A stretch of DNA of 64,000 nt from NCBI RefSeq assembly GCF_009914755.1, contig NC_060925.1; one strand, written 5' to 3'. How positions within the stretch are numbered: position 1 is the stretch's first letter; every line of letters begins with the position of its first letter. The notes beneath the pieces are model-generated. The model did no database searches, was not told where the DNA came from, and worked only from the letters and a program-made list of their open reading frames with translations. Position numbers and translations under genes: made by a program. The stretch comes from the human T2T-CHM13v2.0 reference genome, Homo sapiens. Below, in pieces: positions 27,601-43,920 of this stretch.

Positions 27601-29212
27601 TATCCAAAATGCTCCTTCCTTTTCCTAAATATCCCAACTGTAAGACTTACACATATTTCTCAAGTTGTATAAAATCTTCTCAATGTCCTCTACGTCCTTA
27701 GCCCATCAGTCCATCTTATTTTCATGTTAAACTCTTCTGTGCATCATGTCAGGCTCAGTGATTGTGGAGCGAGTAATAGCTCTCTTTTACTGTACTTTGA
27801 GAATGGGTAGAATCAAGAGGGTGAGTGCAATATTGGTTTATACAACTTGGTATAGCCTAAGTTGGTAAGCATTTTCTTTTACCCTAAGTTACAAAGTGTG
27901 TGCACTTTGGATAGATACATGACTACTTTATTGTAGAGGCACAGGTTTGAGAAGGGAGATAAGTGCAAGGCAAACCAGATCCCTGAGTAGGTCTCGGGAG
28001 ATATAAGCTAGAAACTCTGCCCACAGCCTGAATTATGGAAGCCTGCAACTGTAACAAATGTCCTGGGATGAAATGTCTGGAGCCTTAAGCTGTCATGCAT
28101 GACAAGAACAGCTCTTTAGTGCCAGAGGTCTCTGTCTCTGGGGCACTGGTATATCCCTCCATTGCCCATGTGTTCTTCTGTTTGGTGTATGTGTAGGGTG
28201 TGTGTGTGTGGGGGGGGGGTGTGTGTGTTCTTTTGGGATATCTGCTTTGAAATTTCGTCATCAAACTAGGCTTTTCCCTGATGAAAGTTCCATACTATAG
28301 AGAAAACATCCACATTTGCTTGCAGTTTGTGCAGCTTAAACTGAAGACAGATGTCTTGTGCAGCAACCACAATATTTTCATTTATCTCTTAATAGATTTC
28401 CATCTAGGAATCAAAAGTCTGATTTTATTTTTCAACTCTGATGATGAATACTAAGAATTATTTTAATTATAGATCTATTTCATTCTGCAGGAAATAAGGA
28501 GAGGCATTTTGAAGTTTTTTTCTTTAAAGACCTCAATAATATTTATCTTCTAAATGGGATTTTCATACATACCATGACAATCTTATGGATTACTACATAT
28601 TGGGAGATACCTACTATGGAATCCCTGGCAATATCTAGTTTTAATTAAAATGAAATGTCATAATAATGTCATCCCACATTCTGGTGTCACGACAAACATA
28701 TTTGAACTCCTGTGATTAAATAAGCAGAAACACTTGATAAAACTTCTAATGATTCTTCTAAAGAAACGAAAAATCTTACAGTTCATTGTTTGTATCTCCT
28801 TTACAAGTATATCCTTTCTTGTATTATAGCTATTTAGATCTTAACTTTCAACTCAGTTATAAGCTCTTAATAGAAAATACCTGCATCACTCTAAGTTTAC
28901 AACAGAGTCTTTTGTACGCTTTGGGCTTGATAGATATTAATGAAATGGAAAGGTAAAGGTAAATGTTTCACGCCCTTTGGAATTAATCTCTATTGTACAT
29001 ACATAACATGCAGATGCACTAACAGAAGATGACAAAAATTAGCAATCTTTTGAAAACTAGTATTTACTAAATGGATGTAATATGTGTTGATTATCATAAG
29101 TTAGGATTGAGTAAACAATTAAAATGCTCTACTTGGACCAAATTGAAAGCCCATATTACTGGCAATCTGATACAGAATTATAGCTGTGTTTCACTTGTGA
29201 AATAGAGATAAC

Positions 29213-29510
29213 TTTTTTTATTTTTTTGTAACAGAGTCTCGCTCTGTCACCCACGCTGGAGTGCAGTGGCATGATCTTGGCTCACTGCAAACTCTGCCTC
29301 CTGGGTTCAAGTGGATTCTCCTGCCTCAACATCCCAAGTAGCTGGGATTACAGGCATGCACTGCCACGCCCAGCTAATTTTTGTATTTTTAGTAGAGACA
29401 GGGTTTCACCATGTTGGCCAGGCTGGCCTCAAACTCCTGACCTCAGGTGATCTGCCCATCTCAGCCTCCCAAAGTGCTAGGATTACAAGCCTGACTCACT
29501 GCGTCCAGCT
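29213..29510 (-). mobile_element. Alu (AluSx-like), full length
   Basis: Both monomers present. TSD gataactttt at 29207-29216 and 29511-29520. Confidence 0.97.
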
Positions 29511-29584
29511 GATAACTTTTGTCTTTCTCCAGTGTCATTATCCTAGTTTATAACATCATCTTGCAACTCGATTTCTATAGTAGA

Positions 29585-29760
29585 CAGTATTAGCTACATA
29601 ATTTGGGGACCCAATGAAAAGTAAAAATCCAAGCCTCCCAGTTTAAAAATTATTATGAATTTCAAGATGGAGTTGTCAGAGCATTAATCCAAGAGCAGGA
29701 CCTTCTGAGAGGGAAGCTTTGTGCTATGGCACAGATTGCATACCCACAAAGCCAATTCTG
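29585..29760 (-). mobile_element. MER45A (hAT-Tip100) DNA transposon relic
   Basis: cag...gctacataatttgggg...aaaaattattatgaatttcaagatgg...cagagcattaatccaag...ctg matches my recall of reverse-complemented MER45A end to end. Confidence 0.8.
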
Positions 29761-29879
29761 CTAACCACCTCATAATGATGTCTGTAACTTCATTGCATCA
29801 CATTTCCTATATATTTTCACATAGTAACATTACGATGTATTTGTATATTTTCACCATTTCTGTGTAAAACCATTTGGCA

Positions 29880-30396
29880 GTTTCCCTTTGCACATTTAAT
29901 AAAATCCAAATTCTTTGTCATGGTCAACGAGCCTCCACATAATGTGGCCATTGTCAACCTTTCTAATACCATGTGGCGTTACTTCCTCTTTTTTTCTCTA
30001 ACTTGTGCCACAAAGGCCGTCCTTCAGGTTTTTGCACACCTTCACAAATGCTACTCTCACCAGTGGAACGCTGTTCCCTGGCTCCTCATCCTTCACATAT
30101 CATTCCAAATATCTCTTTCTCACAGAACGCTTCCCTGATACCCAAATTAAAGTAGCTCCACATTCTCTATTTTTCTTCTAAGCATGCCTTTTCCTCCTGC
30201 AAATGTTTAGTACACACTGTATCTTAAAAAAAAAAAACTAAAATAGTTTCTGTCCATGATTAGCTTGTAATCTCCAAGAGAACAAGGACCAGTCTCTCTT
30301 CTTCGCTACAGTATGACAATGTTTAGCACATTGCCTACTTCACAGTAGGTGCTTAATAAACATTTGCTGGATGGATGAATAAATGAATGAATGAAA
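29880..30396 (+). mobile_element. L2a LINE 3' relic
   Basis: aataaaatccaaattcttt...cagtaggtgcttaataaacatttgctgga...(tgaa)n tail. Confidence 0.8.
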
Positions 30397-31239
30397 GCAC
30401 CATTCAAATGTTCAAGAACATTTTTCTCACTATTACTATTATTTTCACGTAGGTAAAATATAATTTGCTTGGGCAACCAGAACTATAATAAGCTCACCCA
30501 GGCATTTTCTTGTGGGCACTGGGCTCTCTCTGGGTTCTCCTCTGAAGAAGCCCTCTTCTCAGATATACTGTATATATGAATATTTATTTCTCTTATACAA
30601 AAGAGGACCTCAGAGCTAGGTACATCACTGCATCATCTGCTTTCATGACTTCTGGATGGAGTGAGACATGCTTCTTTCTAGGTCCTTCTCTTTTCCATTT
30701 TCTATTTTACTTAAAGAGAAGGAGCTGTTAACATATTGAAACTAACCATCCTGTTCTTCTTTAGCTTCAAATAGAACTAAGGCTGTTTATAAGAAACTAC
30801 ACACAAATAGAATATATTGCATCTTCCTGGAATTCTAGTACATTATAATGACAAATGTTTTTCATTGCAATATTCATTGCATTATGTTCAATTGTTTTTG
30901 TTGTTGGTCTGGAAACACCAGAAGTGTAATTACTAGCTTTGATAAAGTAATAAAGTCAATGGAATAAACTATGCTTGGATTATGGCCTCTTGTTATAAGA
31001 TAAGCAAAGCTAAGTCAATACCCAATAAAAATTAATACTGATATCAAATCCAGCTATCTTATGTTCAAAATGAGAAATCATTACCTTCTCGTAACATTCT
31101 TCTATGAAATGTGTTCCTTTTAAAACATTAAAACTGTAGAAACATTAAAATACTTTACATATATTTACATATACCTTACTGTATTTGAGAACATATATAG
31201 AGATTATACAGATATAATCGTACATATATATGAGCTCTT

Positions 31240-31765
<526 letters not shown>

Positions 31766-32392
31766 ATTTTACTGTTAATATGTTCCAAAATGCATTTTAA
31801 ATTAAAAACATACTAATGGTCATACTCTACTATTCCATAGAAGAATTTAAAAATGGAAAGTTATTCATGGAACAGTTTTGAAGTAGTATATTATCTGAAT
31901 TTGTCTAGTATATTTTATTAAGCTCTCTTCAGCCTGTCCTCATCAAAAATAAGTATTACATTAACATTACAGTTATTTAAAAATTAACCTTTTCTAGGCT
32001 GGTTTAATTTTATGGATAATGTATTAATCAACATGGCTTGAAGTTTCCTATCAAAATGCAGTCAAGGCCATTTACACTACTATTTTCAGGAATCTCCTTC
32101 TGCTACCTTTGTAAAGCATTTACTTCATAGGAAGCATTTCAAACACTACTAGTGGAAAAATACACTAGGCAATTATAGCCAAAGTTTCTACGGATGTGGC
32201 TAATTTATTTCCTGGTTTAAACCATATCTAAACGAGATTTAAGAGTTCAAGAGCTGGGAATGAATGGACAATTGGGTTATTTTGTATTCTGTGGAGTGAG
32301 ATTTGCAGTCAATGTCAGTATTAAATCTAGGTGTAAAATGCAAAGGTGCGAAGTTTGAATGATGCCTCCACTTTGTTAGGTGATGGCTGAAT

Positions 32393-32397
<5 letters not shown>

Positions 32398-32423
<26 letters not shown>

Positions 32424-32690
32424 TTACATAAACACATTGAATATATACACAAATACATGCAGATATAGTTAATATCTATAAATATATCTATTAAATTATA
32501 ATATTAATGTCACGTAAAAATACACAGATACCCATATTTAATAATTTTTAAAATATACCATATATAGTACTTATATCTATTGTATATAACATATATATGC
32601 AAGGCACACATGTAGATATTGCTGTATATATTCTGTAGACTAATATATTGATATATATAATTATCATATTTATACAATATTATCATCATC
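32398..32690. repeat. (CA)n followed by TA-rich low-complexity tract
   Basis: (CA)n at 32398-32423, then degenerate tata-rich sequence. Confidence 0.85.
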
Positions 32691-33357
32691 AATGTTTTCA
32701 TCAAGTTGTCACTCTCTCAGGTATAGCATACCTGAGAACTGAATACTTTTCAAGTTTATGTTTAGATGGTTTTCATGGTTGCGTTTTCCCACTGATAAAG
32801 TAGAATTTTAAATATAACTTGTCTTATTTTTATCTGTCCTCAATTTGAGTGTGTCCTAGTTCATTAAATTTAGAAATCCCTTCTCATTGCCCCTCTGCCA
32901 TGTAGTTAATGGTCTGTAAAACACTTAAAAACACTAGAGGAGTTCATTTTTTTAAAAGGGGCTCTATGGAGAAGCCTTCTAAAATGTAAGAGTCTTTTGT
33001 AATCACCTATTTATTTACTTGTACTTTAAGTTCTGATTTTCATCTAGTAGAGGCATTCTTTGGTCAAGGCAAAACTGCAGTATTCTCTGTAGCTTAATAT
33101 GAGTATAGCTGATAACATCATACTTTTTTCCATTACTACTATACTGAAACTAGTCTAGAACCTAATGAGCTGAATTGCTATCCAAAGGAACAGGATTTAG
33201 GTTCAGATGGGGAAAAAGAGAATAACAGCTGCATCCACACTCCCTTCCACATGATCTTGTTCATGAGCAATATGATGACCTGGCATGACGTGCAACTTTA
33301 GGTCTGGCTCTATAGCCCCAGGAGAACATGGCGAGGACAGTATTAAAAACGTGTCTA

Positions 33358-34888
33358 TCCTATTCAACAAATGGTGCTGGGATAATTGGCAAGCCACATG
33401 TAGAAGAAGGAAACTGGATCTTCATCTCTCACCTTACACAAAAATCAACTCAAGATGGATCAAAGACTTAAATCTAAGACCTGAAGCCATATAAGTTCTA
33501 GAAGGTGACATTAAAAAAAACCTTCTAGACATTGGCTTAGGCAAAGACTTCATGACCAAGCACCCAAAAGCAAATGCAACAAAAACAAAGATAATAGATG
33601 AGACTTAATTAGACTAAAAACTTCCTGTATAGCAAAAGAAATAATCAGCAGAGTTAACAGACAACCCACAGAATGGGAGAAAATCTTCATGATCTATACA
33701 TCCAACGAAGGACTAATGTCCAGAAGCTACAAAGAACTGAAACAAATCATCAAGAAAAAAATAAACAATCCCATCCAAAAGTGGGCTAAGGACATGAAAA
33801 GACAATTCTGAAAACAAATGGCCAACAAGCATATGGAAAAATGCTCAGCATCATTAATTATCAGGGAAATGCAAATCAAAACCATAACACAAAACCACCT
33901 CACTCCTGCAAGAATGGCCATGATCAAAAAAAAAAAAAAAAGATGTTGGCGTGGATATCGTGATGTGATGAAAAGGGAACACTTTTGCACTGTTGGTAGG
34001 AATGTAAACTAGTACAACGACTATGGAAAACAGTGTGTAGATTCCTTAAAGAACTAAAAGTAGATCTACCATTTGATCCAGCAATCCCACTAATGGGTAT
34101 CTACCCAGAAGAAAAGAAGTCATCATACGAAAAAGATACTTGCACAACCATGTTTATAGCAGCAGAATTTGCAATTGCAAAAATACAGAGCCAGCCCAAA
34201 TGCCCATCAATCAATGAGTGGATAAAGAAAACGTGGTAAATATACATCATGGAATACTACTCAGCCATAAAAAGGAATGAAATAATGGCATTTGTAGCAA
34301 GCCAGATGGAACTGACTATTATTCTAAGTGAAATAATTCAGGAATGGAAAACCAAACATCTTATGTTCTCACTGATAATTGGGGGCTAAGCTATGATGAT
34401 GCAAAGGAATAAGAATGATACAGTGGGGCCAGGCACAGTGGCTCACGACTGTAATCCCAGCACTTTGGGAGGTTGAGGTGGGTACATTACTGGAGGCCAG
34501 GGTTGAAGACCAGCCTGGTCAACAGGCGAAACCATTAGCCATGTTATTAGCCAGGCATAGTAGCGCACTCCTGTAGTCCCAGCTACTGAGGGGTTGATGT
34601 TGCAGTCAGCAAAGATTGCGCCACTGCCCTCCTGGGCAACAAAGTGAGACTCCATCTCAAAAAAAAAAAAAAAGATTGATATAATGTGGGCTTAGGGGAA
34701 GGGGTGAGAGGGGGGTGAGGGATAAATGACTACACGTTGGGTACACATTGGTAAGTGTACACTGCTTGGGTGATGGACACACCAACATCTCAGAAATCAC
34801 CACTAAAGAACTTATTCTTGTAACCAAACACCACCTGTCCTCCCAAAACCTATTGAAATAAAAAATAAATTAAAAATAAAAACAAAAA
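33358..34888 (+). mobile_element. LINE-1, 5'-truncated, L1PB1-like (ORF2 3' part plus 3'UTR)
   Basis: ORF2 remnants ([20 protein letters not shown]) and L1PB-type 3'UTR atctcagaaatcaccactaaagaactt. TSD core acgtgtcta on both sides. Confidence 0.92.
34427..34672 (+). mobile_element. Alu (AluJ-like) with internal deletions, nested in L1PB
   Basis: Starts ggccaggcacagtggctcac and has an A tail. Degenerate TSD aagaatgatacagtgg / aagattgatataatgtgg. Confidence 0.9.
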
Positions 34889-35835
34889 CACGTGTCTAGG
34901 TAGCATACATGATAGGTGTACTCACCCTAAGTAAGTTAATGTGTTTTACTTGTGTCATTGCAAAAATGAAGCAAGGTAGAGCTATAAAGGCTGTCTGAAC
35001 TTTTCTCAAGACCCGGTGGTGGGGTGAGGAGTCAGTTACAACTGGTTATTTCCTCTTTGCAGGGAACGTATATGTGGCCTGAATAGTTGAGCAGACAGAC
35101 TTGGGCTTGCTGCTATTAAATATGTGGAATGTGTGTTAATATTCAGGACATATTTTTTCTATTTGATTTCACTACTATACTTCAAATTTCATGCCTCCTA
35201 AAATCAAAGGCTTTTCACATTTCATATTTCCAAGTGTTGTCATAAGTCTGACTTTGGAATCATCATTTACACTATTCATAGTTCTTTTCATCTATCAAAT
35301 GTTATAACCTGTTGTTCCCTGGATTCTGTATGAAACCAGAGCTCTTCTGCTTTTGTGTCCAAATATTCTCTCTGAATTTTCACTCGAGTCATTAAAAAAG
35401 AACTATTATCTGACTCTTCCATGATTTGTCTCTGGATAGGAAGCCCCAAATTGCATTAGTTGTTTTTATTATCCTAATACACTGAAAGCCTGATTTTACT
35501 ATAATTTGTTCTTCACTTTCATCCCAGCCCTAGGTCTCCTGATAATACTGCTTTCTAAATTGTGTCTATTAAATGCCTTATTTGATATTATTATTTCACA
35601 GATTCATATCTTACATTTACCCAAGTTTCATTTCATTTCTTCTTTCTTCTTTGTAACCTCTTTAGATTCTTTTGTGCTAGTTATCTTTTTTCTGAGAATT
35701 GAAAGTAGTTCCCAAATTATAGCCAACTACAAATTTCCTTAGTGTTCTTTTGATCTCACTTTCCAACGGTCTCACTAAATAAGACAGATGAGATGCTTCT
35801 TACATTGAGATTTTATTTTATTGTATTATCTGTTC

Positions 35836-36000
35836 TAGTACTTCTCAAACTTAAACCTACATATCAATCACCTGGGGATCTTTTTAAAATGCAGATTGTG
35901 ATTCCATAGCTGTGGAGTTGGGCCTGAGATTCTGCATTTTTCAACAACCTCTGGTGATGCTGATGTTGCTGGTTTGGGTACCATGTTGTGAGTAGCATTG
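35836..36000. mobile_element. MER5A-like (hAT-Charlie) relic
   Basis: ttctcaaactt...aatcacctggggatctttttaaaatgcagatt...gggcctgagattctgcattt...ggtgatgctgatg. Confidence 0.85.
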
Positions 36001-36203
36001 ATCTAGATAATTCCAGTTGGTACAAATAAATAACTTGATTGATTTCAAATAATGTTTTAAATAAAATGTTTATATTTTTAGTGATGGAAAATTTTTAAAT
36101 CTGTAGTTATTTGAAATGAATAAATTTTTTTTACCTTGGATTAGAGAATCTCACTTTAATAATACCTAAGAAGGAGACAGGAGCTTGATTTTCCCTTCTT
36201 TAG

Positions 36204-37238
<1,035 letters not shown>

Positions 37239-38359
37239 CCCCTTCTTGGTAATAAGTTATATCACCTAGTGTTTGCACACACTCATACACACATCACCTT
37301 TTCTGTCCATGCACACAGTTTTAGAGATCCCTTTTCAGTGTATTACCATCATCTTGCCTTTTTCTTATTGGGAAGACTTATCTACTTATGTGGGATTTTA
37401 TTCCTCAAATAAGATGGGTTTTATTACCGACCCCTGAGGAACACAAATGCCCAGTTATCCCTATATGGAGTTTCCTATTATTAAGTCAGTTCTCTATCCA
37501 AGACAACAAAGTCCTTCTCATTTCCATGGTGACTGAATGGGGAAGCAATGATTATAAGGCATCAGCCAGAACATATGCGACAGAAAAAAGGAGGCTTGAA
37601 ATTTCTCTAGACTCAGGAAATATGTATTCCATGGCACACAATAGAGTATTGCTTCTGAAATATTTCAATTTCTGTGGAATACAACTCTTGATGGATATAT
37701 TTTCAAGTTGTACCGACATTCCCATACCTGTAATATGTGTATAAGCTCTCCTTTACTTTTGACACTTTTATTCACCCTTAATGGTACATGGAGCTAAAAG
37801 TGATATATTTTCCAGATGTGGCTTGATTTCAGGTGATATATATCTGCAACTAAAGAATAAGATTCTTTACAATGAGCAATGCTGAATAGGTACTTCTATA
37901 ATAATCAGGCATCACATATTTGGACTTGACTGCTTAGGGTAACCATATATATTCTTGTTGAAGTACTGGGTGCTTAAAAATGTTTTACTTCATTCCTCAG
38001 TTAACAAAAATGACCCTGAAAAGTACACTGATAGCAAGTAGTATTGCACCAATTATACCCTTCACTGCATTTGATTGTAGGGTTTTCTCTTTATTAGCTT
38101 AAAAGTGAGCAGTACCAAGTCCAATTCCCCAGGGCTTTTTGTGCTTCTACAAATCATGTCAAGTTGCTCACAACCAGTGAATTCATTACTCTGATTTAGT
38201 GATGGCAGTACACAGGATGGGAATTTAAAAACAACAGCAAAAAACATTTAAGTCTTCAAATTTTACTAGTTTGCAATATGAAAAAGTTTTATATCTAGGT
38301 GAATGCTCTTTCTAGAAGGATTCTTCATATTTTTATTTATGATAGATGATTTTTGAAGA

Positions 38360-38419
38360 TTTCAACTTCTGGTAATGGCAGAATACCTCCTTTGGGCTTC
38401 TCCTGCAGATAACTCACCA

Positions 38420-38483
<64 letters not shown>

Positions 38484-39577
38484 ATCCAAATGCACTGAAG
38501 AATGTCCAAAAGAGGGCAGAAACTAAAGGGGAATTGGCACCTGGAAGAAGGGAATGACACTATTCTTTTTGCCTGAGAACAGGCTCAGGGGGTGGTACCA
38601 AGCAGGGAGGTTAAAATTCAGAGAGAAATTCGTCTTCTAACTGGCTGAGAAATCAGAGTTGGGGCCATCAAAACATCTAGAAACTGGGGAGATATCCAAG
38701 AAAGAAAGCTACAGAGAGGGAGCACCAGATTCTGCATATGTATTCTACCCAAATCACTGGCTGACATCTGAGCTATGCATGTGCTTGGCAGATGCCAAGC
38801 AGCACAGCTAAGATTGAAATAACTGTACAGATATTTCAGTCAGTTGCTAACTGCAGAAGGGGCAGAGTTTTGGGGTTTGCATTAAGATAAGTTAATTGTC
38901 TGCTAAAGCAAACAAAAATCGGGACTCTTAGGTGTGGAGAGTCCAGAGTCTCTGTATAATGTATCATTTACACAGTCCAGATACAATATAAAATTGTCAG
39001 ACATAGGAAAGAGCATTTTGACTGCTCTCAAAATGAAGGGCAATCAACAGGGATCAGTCCTGAGATGATCCAGATATTAGAATTAGAGGTCAAGGATTTT
39101 AAGTCAGTTATTATAACTGTGCTCAGAATATAAAGTAAAATACTCTGATAATGAATGATGAGATAATAAATATGGCAAAGTAATAAATGAGAAAAATGAA
39201 GCAAAAAGAAATTCTAGATTTAAAAGATGTGATACTAAAATAAAAAGTTCATTAGGTAGGCTTAACAGCATAATGGAGATGGTATGAGAGGAAAGACTCA
39301 GTGAACTTGAACATGGATAAATAGAAATTGTCCAATCTGAAAAACAGAGAAACTATTAAAAAAATTAAAAGAACATCTGGGACTTGTGGAACAATCTTTG
39401 AAGTTCTAATATATATTCATTTGGAGTCTCAGAAAAGAGGAAGAAAGAATGAAACAGAAAAACTATTTAGAGAAATAATGACTAAATATTTCCTAAACTT
39501 GGTAAAAAAATAAACCCACAAACCATACATTTACCAGTTTAAGAAACCCACAGAAGCTTAAGGTAGATAAATAAAGG
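38360..39577 (+). mobile_element. Ancient L1M 5'/ORF1 relic
   Basis: ORF1-like remnants (tcagtgaacttgaa, EKLFREIMTKYFLNLVK). Confidence 0.7.
38421..38480. repeat. (AC)30 microsatellite
   Basis: Perfect, uninterrupted run. Confidence 0.99.
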
Positions 39578-41507
39578 TTTCTAACATTTTAATAATATGT
39601 AGGAAGTAAGTTGCAGAAACTATTCAGGGGGCAATTTTGAGACTGAATTTGTGGTATGTTTGTAGAAAACTGTAGCTAAGGAGATATGAAAAAATGGGAA
39701 AATAACAAAAATTAATTAGAAATACATTCTGTTCCTTTTAATCTTATTATTAGAATGTTAAATAGGAATATTAAAGGAATAAATTTATCCATTAAATAAC
39801 AAAACAGACATATGATTATTCAGTTACTATGCCGCTAAATAAATCCTATGATTTCATCTTCCTCCCTTATCTCCCTCCTTCCTTGTCTTCTTCTCTCCCT
39901 CCTTCCCTCTCTCCTGTCCTTCTTTTCTTTTATCGTAGAGAAAGATGAAGGATAAAATCTTTCTTACTGATACTATTATCATTAGGATACAATCATCATT
40001 AGGAAGACATAGTGTTTTACTGTTTGGGTCAAGAGTCATTGTAATAACCAATAGTTTTATATTTACAGTGTTATATATTCAACTAATTCACCAACAATTT
40101 CTATATAGTGTTGTGGTGGGCCTTCCAAGATAATTTTAGAACAATTCTTATTTAAAGGACATGGAATTAAAGCAGAAAATTATTTTATAAAAATAGGTGA
40201 AAAAGAAAAACAACAACAAAGACAACTTTTCTTTCTTATCCTTTCAGAATATTTCAGTAGAATGGGAAGCTACACTTGAAATGCAAGATGGAATATTTTC
40301 CCTAAGCTCTCCATAATAGAATGTTGGTTATACATCCTTAACTAAACTAACACTGTATCTTTTCTGTAGTACTGATAAGAAAATTGAAAATGAACAACTC
40401 GTTAATATACTACCTGAAAAATGTGAGATTAGAGAGTCCAGCAGAATTTTGAAGGCCAAGTAAGGGGGTGTTCGATGATGAGAGATAAGCAACTCTTTGA
40501 ATAGAAGGATTGTAAGAGATTTACCCTCTGCTATTAGCCCCCCTCTAGTTCCCAGGGTTTAAAATCAATTACAATTTCATTGGTACTTAAAATTTCTCTT
40601 ATTGTCACATAGATTGAATTTCAAAGAGAACAGGACAGCCTTACACATAGAACTAGTCAGTGGGGAGCAGAAAGTGTACAACCTAAATTGTTTACTTCAT
40701 CCACAAGAGACTGTACTATGACTGGGATTCCATAATGTGATATCTGAATAAAAGCCTTACTTTACTTACTGATTTATTTTTCAAAGTTCAGTTCTTAACA
40801 AATTTTGAAAACAGAAATTCAGGCCTGGTCACTATTTATTCTTGAGTTAATTTTTCAAGTAGTTTCAGGATAGCCTTAGTTAACTTGGCAAAATGCCCTG
40901 AAAAGTGAATTAGCATGTTTAAAACTTGGCTAATCACTCCCTCATCCCCAACCATAGCAAAGCCTGCTTAATTTTGAGCCGGCGTTTTAGCATACAGTGG
41001 TCTAACTCCATCCTGCACACATATCTTGAATTGGCTGATTTGGAAGCAGGCAGACTTCCTTCTGGATCTCATTCAATTTAGAAACAACAGCAGATTAGCG
41101 ATTAAATCGGCCAAACAACTTCTGGCTCATACCAATTAATTTCTTCAAGGATTTTTCCCTTAAATAAAGTGTCTTACACAGTTACAGGGAATGTCTCAAA
41201 CAGCCTGACTATATATACCACTATTGTTGAATGTTTTCATTTTTAATGTTAAAAGCTCTGTCACAGAAAACAGCCTGGAAACTCTGTGGGGCAATGCAAC
41301 CCATCATTCTACCATACTGATACAAGTAAAACAACAATATCAATGTTCTAATACATTAGGACCCTTTATAAAGAGTTCTCACCGTCTAAAAGCATCAGCA
41401 ATCATAACGGAGCTGTGGGTATTTCTAAGCCAATCAACAAACAGCCATAAATATACTTGGAATATACAGAGACATTATCCTACTTCACTTTTAATTCAAC
41501 ATGAAGT

Positions 41508-43299
<1,792 letters not shown>

Positions 43300-43416
43300 T
43301 GAAGTTTAAACTATATGTAGTTGAGGTGCTTTTCCAAATGGAAAGAAAACAATCTACTACCCAAATCAACACATAGTTTCCTGTGAACAATATCAGAAAC
43401 TAATAGGATGATCCTC

Positions 43417-43814
43417 TGTCTTAGTCCATTTGTGCTGCTATAAAAAATGGTACAGACTGGGTAATTTCTAAACAACAGAATGTTTTTGTCTCAGTTCTGG
43501 AGGCTGTGAAGTCCAAGATCAAAGTGCTGGCAGGTTTGGTATTGGGAGTTTGGTTTCTGCTTTCTAGATAGCGCCTTGTTGCTGCATCCTCCAGAGAAAT
43601 GAATGCTCTGTCCTCACTTTGTGGAAGGGTCAGAAGGGCAAGAAAGTGTTCCCTTCACCCTCAAACCCTTTCATAAGGGTGCTAATCTCATTCATGAGTT
43701 TGGAGCCCTCATGACTTAATTACCTTCCAAAGACCACATCTCTTACTACTGATGCTCTGGGGATTAAGTTTTGACATCAGTTTTACAGGGGATGTGGTCA
43801 TTCAAACCACAGCA
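43417..43814 (-). mobile_element. MaLR solo LTR, MSTD-like
   Basis: Ends tgtcttagtccatttgtgctgctata ... attcaaaccacagca. 5-bp TSD tcctc/ccctc. Confidence 0.85.
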
Positions 43815-43920
43815 CCCTCTTTTAGAAACAAGATTGAGAGACAACTTTCTGGTATTCACTTATTTTTGGTTCATAGAGTTCAATCATTAAGGAAAAATGG
43901 CAAGTTGAAAAGTTGTGTAG

